A stretch of 64,000 nt of DNA from Stegostoma tigrinum (lineage: Eukaryota). The number at the start of each line of letters is the position of its first letter. Position 1 is the stretch's first letter. The stretch spans positions 40,587,989 through 40,651,988 of the forward strand of contig NC_081373.1 of the NCBI RefSeq assembly GCF_030684315.1, written 5' to 3'. This document shows, piece after piece, positions 51,827 through 62,931 of the stretch. A program made the position numbers and the translations under genes. Below the pieces are notes generated by a model that was not told the DNA's origin, searched no databases, and saw only the letters and a program-made list of their open reading frames with translations.

Positions 51827-54800
51827 TGAAATAACTCCTCAGAGACCAGTATCCTGTCGCCCTTTCCTTACATGTGCAAAGTCCTTGACAGTGGTCCAGC
51901 TTCCTCAGAGCCAGCTCTCAGGGTCAGAATGTTTTTATCTGTCAGCCAGGCTGCCCTAAGTGGGCCAGATTAACAGCCCCAGTCAGGGAACACAATCTAT
52001 GAGGTCCACCTTGCTGACCTGGTTACAGTCCCTACAGCTCACATTCTGAGCCTGAACACCTAGACCACTCCCTTTGCTTGAAGTTGTCCCAGGGGTGTTT
52101 TAGCACCAGGTCAGGTTCCTCCCCATCTGCATCAGATGCAGGTGGCATGTAATACACAGGAACTCTCCCCTTGCACCCAGAGGGTCTCTGGAGAGATTCA
52201 CTCTCTCTTCTTCCAACAGCAAAGGTGTCGATGCAGCAAGATCTGCCGTATCCGTTTCAGATGGAGGTCTTTTTAATGCTTGACAGAGAGGGAAAACCCA
52301 TGGGCTCCAATAACCTTTGACTGTTCTGGGGAGCGGGGCACATTTTGCTCCCACACAGTTTGCACATTCATGGCTTTCAGATGGTCCACCGGCTTGTTCA
52401 GGACCATCACTCCTATCCGAATTTATAAGTGACTGCCTGACCTTGCAGCGACCATCTCTCTTACACATGCAGGGCCATTTCCATGGTTCCGACAGCCAAC
52501 TTTGTCCCCCGTACTGAACTGTCTCACTTGACAGTCTGTCTTATGGCACTGGTGTTCCTGATGCCATTTCACCTCCCCAGCACCCAGATCCAGGAAGACC
52601 AGATTTAACCTGGTGCATAGTCTTCTCCCCATTAGTAACTCTGCTGAAGCTATCCCTGTAGTTACAGGCGGAGTGGTCCTGTAATCAAACAGGAACCGGG
52701 ACAGTTTGCTATGTGGGTGAAACTGTAGGCTGTTTCTTCAAACCTGCCTTCAAAATTTGGACTGCTCTTTCAGCCAGGCCATTAGATGATGGATGGTTTG
52801 GAGTTGTTCTTATGTCAAATCCCATTAGATGTTGGGAAATACTCAAATTTCCTGCTGGCAAACAATGAATCATTAGCTAGACAAACATTTCCGAGAGACG
52901 TGTATTGCAAAGAAGCGCACAATTTTTCTATTGTCACTCCCATGTTTGACGAATGAACTTCATACACGTTCAGCCACTTGGAGTGGGTGTCCACAATGAC
53001 TAAGAACACTGAGCCTATCAAACAGCCTGCAAAGTGAATGTGTAACCAAGTCCAGGATTTGCCAGGCCATTCCCATGAATGTGGGCGAATTGCTGGTGGT
53101 AATTTTTGTCCCTCCTGGCACTCTAGGAACTGCCACACCAATGCAGCAATGTCTGCATCCAAACTTGGCCACTGGGCACAATTTCTTGCCGACGTTTTCA
53201 TTTTTTTGGAAACCCAGCCAGTATCTGGCAGCAACCTTTACTCAGGACAATTACTGTTGCTCCCCATAATGACATGTTGCCCTCTGGGTCTGAAAAGCTT
53301 TTAACTCTGGTTGTGACAGCCCTTTGGTTTCCCCAGTCACCGCCTGCTGTTTCAGTTTTGCCATAAGACAGACTCTGTCAAGTGAGACAGTTCAGTACAG
53401 GGGACAAAGTTGGCTTAGGAACCGTGGAAATGGCCCTGCATGTGTGAGAGAGATGGTCTATGCAAGGTCAGGCAGTCACTTATAAAATAGTAATATTGTC
53501 AGCTGTGACTGGAAGCGTATCAAGAAAATTTAAAATCATTACAGACTCTTCCAGTGGTGGTACCTCCAGTGGTGTAATCACCAGCGAGAGGTAGCTCAGT
53601 GCTTCCACATTTGCTACTTGTCCTCACGTCAGTATTCCAACTTGTAATTATACACACTTAATGTTAAAGTCCACTAATGCCACCCTAATGCCATATGGGA
53701 GGCATCGCATGTCAATACCAGATCTTGCTTGGGATCATACTGTGCCAAAACTTAGAGGATGATAGCTGTTTCTTCACTTCCCTTGGAGCTATGGCTTGGC
53801 TACGTGGCTATTTCCAAGGGTGATCCTTTTTGTTGGTTGATGTCAAGGTGCCAGGATGGAGGCCAGGTTATCTATGAACATTGCATCATAATTCGCCAGC
53901 CCAAGGAAAGGTCTAAGCTCTGGTAAAGATGTAGGAGATGAGTCACCATTGATCATCCTCACTTTCTTCCAACAGGCTGTAACCCAGTCTTGTCGCTTCT
54001 GCAGCCCAAGTAGGTCACTTGGGTGCCTGGGACACACATTCTTGCCCCCTTTGGTGTACATCTGCCTGGGAGAACCCTTTAAGGACTATGTCCAAGTTTT
54101 CGCAGTGCTCCATATTGGTCTTCCCTGTTACTGGCACGCCATTGAGATAAATGGCAACCTGGGGTTAACCTTGTAAAATGTTCTCCATCTGCTGAAAAAT
54201 TGCACAGGTGATAATACCCTAAATGGCAGTCTCGTATGTTGGTACAAGCTCTTATGGGTGTTAGTTGTAGCATACTTCTGGGAATCCTCATCGAGCCAAA
54301 ACTGCAAGCACGCATGACTAATGGCCACCTTTGTGAAGCACAGTCCCCCTGCCAGCTTTGTGTATTAATCTTCTATTCAAGGGATTCTGCATAGATGCAG
54401 CTGCAAAAAGCAAGTTACCATTTGTTTAAAATCTCCACATAGGTGAACCAAACTGATGCTTCCCATTGCGTAAACTGGGCTGGTTTGATGATTCCTTCAT
54501 TTTCCAAGCTTCTGATAAAGCAAATAACTCTGGGCGGGTCTTGCAGAATCATGACTTGCTTTCTGGTCAACATGCAAGGTGGACTGGGCTCACTATGATA
54601 GTCCCTAGACCTTCCTAAAAGTCTCGAGAATTTAATTAGGACTTCACTCAGGCAGGTATTTTCTAATCAAAAAATATTGATCCAATCTGGGTGAATCTCT
54701 CAACTAATTTCACCCCATCAAGCTTGCCCTGAGCCTTTTACTAAAATCACTGGTAACTGAACCTGCTGCTCCTCACGTGAAACTGGAACTGAAGTTGCAC

Positions 54801-56456
54801 CATTAATCTATAAAGGTTCCCTCGAATACAGTCTCAGTCTGGCTGAGGTCTTGCACAATCATTAGAGTCCAGAGCGAACTTTGTAAAAGGCTGGCTCTGC
54901 AATTACTGATATGGCCGCTCCGGTATTGACCTCCATTCGAACTGGCTGACAATTTAACCAGCTATTTATTTTGCTTCTGATTTGGATGTTGCTGAGCAAT
55001 TTAACCATTCCAAGCCAGATGTAGGTGGGTTTTCCAGGATGTGCGCTCTCCTGAATACCAGCCTATGAGGTCTCTTGGGCCTAGTGGGACTCCTTTGCTG
55101 TCTCAAGTCAGAAATAACAGCAACTATAAATGGCTTGTTGGCCCGAACCCTCAAGAAAACATTTTAACTGTTATGCAGCTACAGAGTCTTTCCACCACTT
55201 CGACTGGGACTACACCAAGATCCTGGGACAGGCCAGGCAGAGACAGGCACGAGAATTCCTGGAAGCATGGCACTCCATGAAGCATGCTATTAATACACAC
55301 ATTGAACTCGACCCCATATACATTCCACTACAAAGGAAAACCAGAAATGAGGCAATCCACCTCAAGGGACCCCAGAGGTTCAAAACCAGGTGGGAAAACG
55401 TACCGATGATTCAGAGGCTGCTCTGAGGATGTTACCAAGCACAGTAACAAAACGTCTGCAAAACAACAAACTGGCTCGGCAAGTCAAACACGCACTACCC
55501 GAGCTACAGATCTACTCCAAAACCTGACGGAGTCTCCATTCAGGATATGTCCTGAGTGAAGCTATGCAATTCCCTTCACTCATGGTGTTCCCCAAGCTCT
55601 GGACTGATGAGGGTGTCCATTTCCATCGGAATGCCCTGTGCTCCTATGATCCACTTGCCACATTCTACCCCCCATGATAAAGCCAGTTGTAGTGCCTGGT
55701 TGATGTCCAGCTGGGCCAGCCACTAGGCGCTTTTGCATGGCTACATCATTACTCCTGCATACTAAATGGTCTCAACATCTCCTTAAGGGTTAAACCAAAG
55801 TCACAGGCCCCTGCCAGCTGCCTTAACTGTCAAAATTCCCAATACAGATTTGTCTGGCTCGCAATACCAAGTAAAACTATCAGTACCTCAGCATTAGAGG
55901 AGATTTGGGTTCACAATATTCCCTAACTAAATCCATCAACTCTTGAAAGGTTTTAAGTATCTGGCACCTCAGGGAAAGTTAAGCTCCTAATAAATGAAAA
56001 AGCTGCAGGTCCACAAGCTGTCGGGACAATTACTTGTTGCTTTCCAACTGCCCTAGTGTCATTTTCCTGGGAGAAAAATAGCATTCTTCCCACCATACTG
56101 GGCCCAGTCTTTGGCAGGGTTGAATGAATCAAGCTTCCCAAATAATGGCCTGATACCAAAAATGCTTACCCCCAAATCAAAGCCAACTGTTACAAGCAGG
56201 TTTCTTCAGAAACTGGCTTTATTCTTGTTGCCACTGAAATAACTCCAGATGCCAGTATCCCATCACCAAGTCACTTTATTTACACTTGGAAAGGCCTTAA
56301 CACTAGACCAGTTCCCTCAGAGCCAACTAAGTGTCAGAAAGTCTGACAGTCCACTTTTTATCTGTCAGCCGTGGCTCCTTGATTGGACCAGATTAATGGC
56401 CCCAATCTGAGAACTCCTATGAGGTCCACCTAGGTGACCTCATTACAATCACTACA
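51827..56456 (-). mobile_element. Decayed full-length Gypsy/Ty3 LTR retrotransposon (gag-PR-RT-RH-IN)
   Basis: LTRs at about 56235-56456 and 51827-52036 (TGTAG...TATTTCA, strongly diverged); PBS-like gtggcaacaag; gag LFGKLDSFNPA.DWAQY; protease EVNTGAAISVI; RT YATTNTHKSLYQHTRLPF and LRPFLGLANY; integrase WEWPGKSWTWLHIHFAG..FLVIVDTHSKW and HPSSNGLAERAVQ. Confidence 0.9.
55188..55525 (+). mobile_element. PLE family C 3' end inserted in the Gypsy gag region, with a hammerhead motif at 55420-55459
   Basis: HHFDWDYTKILGQARQRQAREFLEAWHS; gctCTGAGGAtgttaccaagcacagtaacAAAACGTCtgc. Confidence 0.85.
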
Positions 56457-57803
56457 ATAGGCACTCCACACCATTTTCCCAGATATGGGAGAGGATGCAG
56501 GGGTAGAATTTATTCCGTACATTGGAGATCTTTTTAGCAATACTACCAACATTAAACAACAAGCCACCCCCTGTACAGACCTGTGGAGAAATGGTCGGAG
56601 CCCCATTTTATTTGCTGGTTGAGTAGAAATCCTGCCCTAAGAGTTAGCAGTCAAACGGAGGCTGGTAACTCTCCAGTACCAGCAGCATTACTGGAACAAT
56701 GTTTATGCTGTTAGTCACACTCTGAGACTTTATGGACCATCAGTGGCTTTCTGGAGGTTGAACAGGATGGGGATTGCATGTAGTGGATCGCTTATGAGGG
56801 AGATCAATTGCAAGGACAAGGTAAACACTAGTGATAAGAAATCTAAACTGTAGCAATCACTGAGGAATGAGTACTGGGGGAAACTATTATAACTAAAGGC
56901 TGACAGTGCCCTCGAACTGACGGCCTGCATTCTATGGTCTTTTAAGAAGTGGTTGCAGAGTGAGTAGATGCATTGGTTGTGATTTCCCAAATTTCCCTAA
57001 ATTCTGGAAAGATCCTGGCAAATTGGAAGATCACAGAAATCACATCTCTAATCAAGAAATGAGGGTGACAGAACACAAGATCCTATATTGCCTGTTAGCA
57101 CAGCATTTGTCAAAAGGAAAATGCTCAAATCCATTACAAATTCAGACAGAGCCAAACTAGTTTTGTGCAAGAGGGATCATATTTAACTAACTTATTGGCA
57201 TCCTTTTTAAAAAAGGAACACAAGGTGAATAAAGGAAAGCCTGTAGATGTGGTGTATTTTCAAAAGGCACTTGACAATGTGCCATATCAAAGGTTACTGC
57301 ACAAAATAAGAATTAATGGTATAGAAGAATGTTTAGGCAAGAGGGAGATATGAGTTGGGTGGCAAGCTGTAACTAGTACTGTGTCACAGAGATTAGTGTT
57401 GGGCTTCACTATTTATGGTGTATATTAATGACTTTGATTAAGGGACCAAATGCGCAGTGGCTAACTTCACTGATGACAGACAGGCAGGAAAGTAGGGTAA
57501 TCTGTCAAAATGAGACAGAGTGTACAAGAGGATCCAATAGATTAATTGAGTGGATAAAAATTTGGCAGATGGAGTATAACATGAGTGTTAATGTGAACTT
57601 GTCAACTTTTGCAGGAAGAATAAATTAGCAGTTTATATATTTAAATGAAGAGAGATTGGAAACCACTATGGTGCAAAAAGATTGGGTGTCCTGGTACAAA
57701 AAACACAAGAAGATAACATGAAGGTGCAGCAAGTTAATAAAGACAACAAATGGAATGTTGATGTTCATGAAAACGGTATCAAGTTTAAATGTAGAGACGT
57801 GTT

Positions 57804-60800
57804 AGGCAAAGGCCTAGTGATATGTGCTAGTGGTATTATTGCTAGACTATTAATCCAGAAACCCAATTAATTTTCTGGGGACTGGTGTTCAAATCCTACC
57901 AGGGCTGAGTGGAATTCGAATTCAATTAAAAAAAGTCTGGAATTAAGACTCTACTGATGACCATGAAACCACTGTCCATTTTCGGGGAAAAACTCGAGGC
58001 CCACTAATGTCCTTCAGGGAAGGAAATCTGCCATCCTCACCTGGTGAGGCCTACATGTGACTCCAGACCCACAGCAATGTGCTTGACCCTCAATTACCCT
58101 GTGAAATGGCCTAGCAAGCCACTGAGTTGTAACAAACACTACAAATTCTCAAAGAAATGAAGCTGGACAGATCACCTGGCATCAAGTGAGGCAGTGGAAA
58201 AGACAACAGCAGAAACAGCCCGGTTGACTGTGCAAAGTCCTCCTCATTAACGTCCGGGGGCTAGTGCCAAAATTGGGAGAGCAGTCTCACAGACTCTTCA
58301 AGCAACTGCCTGACATGGTCATAGTCACAGAATCATACCTTTAAAATTTCCCAGACACCACCATCACCATCCCTGGATATGTCCTGTGCAGCCAGCAGGG
58401 TTGGCGCACAGTGGTATACAGTTGGGATGGTATTGCCCTGGGATTCCTCAACATTGACTCCAAACCCCATGAAGTCTCCTGGCTTCAGGTTAAACATGGG
58501 CAAGGAAACATGTTGCTGAATGTCAGATACCTTCCTTCCTCAGCTGATGAATCCATACTCCTCCACTTTGAATAACACTTAGAGGAAGCACTGACGATGG
58601 CAAGGGCACAAAATGTACTCTGGGTGGGGGATTTCGAAGCCCACCACCAAGAGTGGCTGGGCAGTAGTACTGCTGATCAGGTCCTAAAGGACATAGCTGC
58701 TACACCGGGTCTGCAGCAGGTGGTGAGGGAACCAACAAGACAGAAGAACGCCTTATTCTTGACCTTTATTCTTACTAATCTGTCAGCTGCAGATCCATCT
58801 ATCCATGACAGTATCAGTAAGAGTGACCATTGCACAGTCCTTGTGGAGACAAAGTCCGACCTTCACATCGAGAACACGCTCCATCGTGTTGTATGGCACT
58901 ATCACTGTGCTAAATGGGACAGACTTCACACAGATCTAGCAACTGAAGACTGGGGCATTCATGACGTGCTGTGGGCCATCAACAGCAGCAGATTGATACT
59001 CCAGCATATCACTCACTCAACCATTATTATTAAGCCAGGGGATCAAACCCAGACAGTTCAATTAAGATCGTTAATGAGGAGGGGATGCCAGCATCAGCAT
59101 GACACATATCTGAAATTGATGTCTCAAGCTGGTGAGGCGACTAAAGAGGACTACTTCCATGTCAAACAGCAAATGCAGCAAGTGATAGACAAATCAAAGC
59201 AATCCTACCACCGATGGATCAGATCCAAACTCTGCAGAGATAATGGGAACTGCAGATGCTGGAGAATCCAACATAAAGTGTGGGGCTAGATGAACACAGC
59301 AGGCCAAGCAGCATCTTAGAAGCACAAAAGCTGCCTCTGCCTTCATCAGAAAAGGATCTGATGAAGGGTCTAGGTCCAAAACGTCAGCTTTTGTGCTCCT
59401 AAGATGCTGCTTGGCCTGCTGTGTTCATCCAGCCCCACACTTTATTATCCCAAACTGCAGTCCTGCCACATCCAGTCGTGAATGGTGGTGGACAATTAAA
59501 TAATTTACTGGGGGAGGAGGCTCCATAAATATCCCCATCCTGAATGATGGAAGAGCCCAGTATATCAGTGCAAAAGATAAGGCTAAAGCATTCGCAGCAA
59601 TCTTCAGCCAGAAGTGCCAATTCAATGAACCATCTCGGCCTCCTCCAATGGTCCCCAGCGTTATAGATACTAGTCTTCAGCCAATTCAATTCATTCCATG
59701 TGTCATCAAGGAAGAGTTAGAGACACTGGATACTGCAAAGGCTACAGGCATTGACAAAATTCTGGCAATGGTACTGAAGACTTGTGCTTCAGAACTTGCT
59801 GCTTCCCTAGCCATACTATTCTAGTACAGTTACAACAGTGATATCGACTCAACAGATGTGGAAAATTGCCTAAGTATGTTCTCTACACAAAAAAACAGGA
59901 TAAATCCAACCTGGCCAATTACCACCCCATTAGTCTAGTATCAATCATCAGTAAAGTGATGGAAGGTGTCAACAACAGTGTTGTCGAGTAGCCCCTACTC
60001 AGCAATAACCTGCGCAGCGATGCCTAGTTTGTGTTCCATCAGGGCCACACAGCTCCTGACCTCATGACAGTGTTGCTTCAAACATGGACAAAAGAGCTGA
60101 ATTCCAAAGTGAGGTGAGAGTGACAGTCCTTAACATCAAGGTTTATTCGACCAAGTGTGGCATCAAGGAACCCTAGCGTAACTGGAATCGATGAGTATCA
60201 GGGGGCAAACTCTCCACCAGTTGGAACCATACCTGACACATAGAAAGACGGTCGTGGTTGTTGGAGGTCAGTCATCTCCGCTTCAGTACAGCTCTGCAGG
60301 AGTTCCTCAGGGTAGTGTCCTCAGCCCAACCATCTTCAGCTGCTCCATCAATGACCTTCCCTCCATCACAAGGTCAGAGGTGGGCATGTTTGCTGATGAG
60401 CGTACAATGTTCAGCACCATTCATGTCTCCTCAGATACTGAAGCAGTCCATGTTCAAATGCAACAAGTTTAGGAAAATGTCCAGGTTTGGGCTGACAAGT
60501 GGCAAGTGACATTTGCACCACAAAAATGCCAGGCTATGACCATCATCAATAAGAGACTACCTATCGCCCCTTGACATTCAATGGTGTTACTGTCACTGAA
60601 TCCCTCACCATTGATATCTTGGGGATTATCATTGACCAGAAACTCAGTTGGATTCACCACATAAACACAATGGCTACAAGAGCAGCCAGAAGCTAGGAAT
60701 ACTGGGGGAAGTGAATCACCTCCTGTCTCAAAGCCTGTCCACCATCTACAGGGCACAAGTCAGGAGTGTGATGGTATACTCCCCACTTGCCTGGCTGAGT

Positions 60801-61224
60801 GCAGCCCCAACAACACTCAAGAAGTTTGAGACCAACCAGGACAAAGGAGCCCCCTTGATTGGTACTGCATCCACCAGCATGCACTCCCTCCACCATCGAT
60901 GCTCAACAGCAGTAGTGTGTACGATCTGCAAGATACACTGCAGAAATTCACCAAAGATCCTCAGACACCACCTTCTAACCCATGACCACTTCCATCTAGA
61001 AGGACAAGTTCCCCCCCCCACCCCCCAAGCCACTCACCACCCTGCCTTGGAAATATATTGCCATTCCTTCCCTGTCCCTGGGTCAAAATCCTGGAATTTC
61101 CTCCCTAATAGCATTGTGGGTCAAGAAGGCAGCTCACCACCACCTTCTCAAGGGCAACTGGAAATTGACAAGAAATGCTGGCCAGCCAGCGGTGCCCACA
61201 TCCCACAAATGAATGTTAAAAAAA
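57804..61224 (+). mobile_element. Full-length LINE family 2: tRNA-derived SINE-like head (about 57804-58130) followed directly by an APE+RT ORF2 pseudo-frame (about 58231-61100), no ORF1
   Basis: A-box-like aggcctagtga at 57810 and B box tgttcaaatcc at 57886-57896; KVLLINVRGLVPKL..PDMVIVTESYL, WVGDF, SKSDH, GVPQGSVLSP and FADE motifs; tail gctggccagccagcggtgcccacatcccacaaatgaatg(A)n. Confidence 0.88.
59238..59449. mobile_element. Palindromic PLE mini-insertion inside the LINE ORF2
   Basis: TSD CCAAACTCTGCAG (59225-59237) / CCAAACTGCAG (59450-59460); centre ccttcatcagaaaaggatctgatgaaggg. Confidence 0.9.
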
Positions 61225-61535
61225 TTGTACATTATCATCATGAGACATCTTCTGGAAGTACTGAGTGAAGTTTTAGTCTCCCGATGTAAGAAATGTTGAA
61301 AATGAGAATGAAGCTGTTCAAAGAAGTTTCATACAACTCATTCCCAGGATGATGGGGTTGATCATGAGGGCAGATTATACAATTTAGTTGTATCCGTTAG
61401 AGTTTAGGAGAATAAGAAGTTATTTTATTGAAATATATCTGATTCTGAGGAGACAGGGTGGATGCTAAGATGATGCTACTCTTGAAGCCGACTCTGGAAC
61501 TTAGGGACATTGTTTAAAAATGAGGAGTTTCCCAT

Positions 61536-62420
61536 TGGTTACAAGAGCAGGACAGAAGCCAGGAACACTGTCACAAGTAACCCACCCCCTGAGTCCCCAC
61601 AGCCTGTCCACCATCAACAAGGAGTGCTGGAATATTCCCCACTTGCCTGCATGAGTTTACCTCCATCAACACTCAAGAGGCTTGACACCATCCAGGACAA
61701 ATCCGCCTGCTTGAATGGCACCTTAGAATCGTACAATCCCTCCCCTGCGGAAGCATGCCATTCAGTCTATCAAGTCCATATTGACCGTCTAAAGAGCATC
61801 CCACCTAGACCCATCCCCCTACACAATCCCAGTAACCTTGCATTTCCGACAGTCAATCAGTCTAACCTACACATCTTTGGACTGTGGGAAGAAACCAGAA
61901 AGCTCAGAGGGAACCCAAACAGATACAGGAAGAACATGCAAACTCCACACAGACAATCACCTGGGTCCCTAGCACTGTGACGCAGCAGTGCTAACCACTT
62001 CTGCCTCCGTGACCCTCATTGACCACATTCACAAGCATCTATTCACTCCACCACTGACACTCAGGAGCTGCATTGTGTACAATCTATAAAATGCACAGCA
62101 GAAATTCATCAAAGATCTTTAGACAGCACCTTCCAAACCCACAATCACCTCCAGCTTGAAGAACAATGGCAGAAGAAACACCAGAATCTGCAAGTTCTTC
62201 TGCAAACCACTCACAGTTCTGACTTGGAAATATGTCACCATTCCTCCACTGTCACTGGGTCAAAATCCTAGAATTCCCTCCCTAAGGGCATTGTGGATCA
62301 ACCTACATCACATGGACTGCTGCAGTTCAAGAAGGCAACTCACTGCCATCTTCTCTAGGATAAACGGTGACAGACAATAAATGCTGGCCAGCCAGCAACA
62401 CACAAGTGAATATGAAAAAA
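61536..62420 (+). mobile_element. LINE family 2 3' fragment, split by an HE1-like SINE
   Basis: LEYSPLACMS..TLKRLDTIQDK; tail aataaatgctggccagccagcaacacacaagtgaatatg(A)n. Confidence 0.85.
61724..62015 (-). mobile_element. HE1-like V-SINE (tRNA head, V domain, CR1/HER1-derived tail)
   Basis: Minus strand: agtggttagcactgctgcgtcacagtgctagggacccag...gtctgtgtggagtttgcatgttcttcc...ggtttcttcccacagtccaaagatgtg...gattcta. Confidence 0.85.
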
Positions 62421-62432
62421 GGCGGAGATGAG

Positions 62433-62931
62433 AGCGAGATAACACGGTGCGAAACTGGATGAACACAGCGGGCCAACCAGCATCAGAGGAGCAGGAAAGC
62501 TTGACATTTCAGGTCGGGTCCCGCTTCATCCAGCTTCACACCGTGTTATCTCAGATTCTCCAGCATCGGCAGTTCCTACTATCTCTGTGACAACTTTAAC
62601 CCCGCTGCGAAACCTCTTCAAGGATGCCTTCCTTAAAGAAGCTATCCCCCTCCCTCCGAAAAAACCTCAGTTCATCCCTCTCCCACTGCAACCCTCTTGT
62701 ACTTTCTTTGGCCTTGAAACTGCTTGACCACGTCCTAAAGCAAATCGGATACTACAGCCACATTTCTCAGTACCTGCCTACGGAACCGGATAATCCCCTC
62801 AAAGGAAGAAGGGTCCAGACCCGAAACATCAAGCTATCCTACTCCTCTGATGCTGCTTGGCCTGCTGTGTTCATCCAGCTTCACACCGTGTTATCTCAGA
62901 TTCTCCAGCATCGGCGGTTCCTAGTGTCTCA
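62433..62931 (+). mobile_element. Miniature PLE: inverted arm, pLTR end, ORF N-terminus, second pLTR
   Basis: 8-bp TSD GAGATGAG at 62425-62432 and 62932-62939; direct repeat at about 62525-62586 and 62871-62930; ORF start MPSLKKLSPSLRKNLSS at 62624. Confidence 0.8.

Noticed and set aside
57804-58130. tRNA gene, or a named DeuSINE/SacSINE1 assignment
   Set aside because: It has only degenerate A/B boxes with no cloverleaf. The body does not match the Deu domain as I recall it, so the family is left unnamed.
58597-59289. 230-aa ORF as a standalone endonuclease gene
   Set aside because: It is a fragment of LINE ORF2 with frameshifts, ending inside a PLE insertion.
8667-62931. Recurrent 100-140 bp repeat as a CRISPR array or classical MITE family
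   Set aside because: The context is eukaryotic, the copies are dispersed without spacers, centres vary, TSDs are long, and the sequence matches the PLE 3' end.
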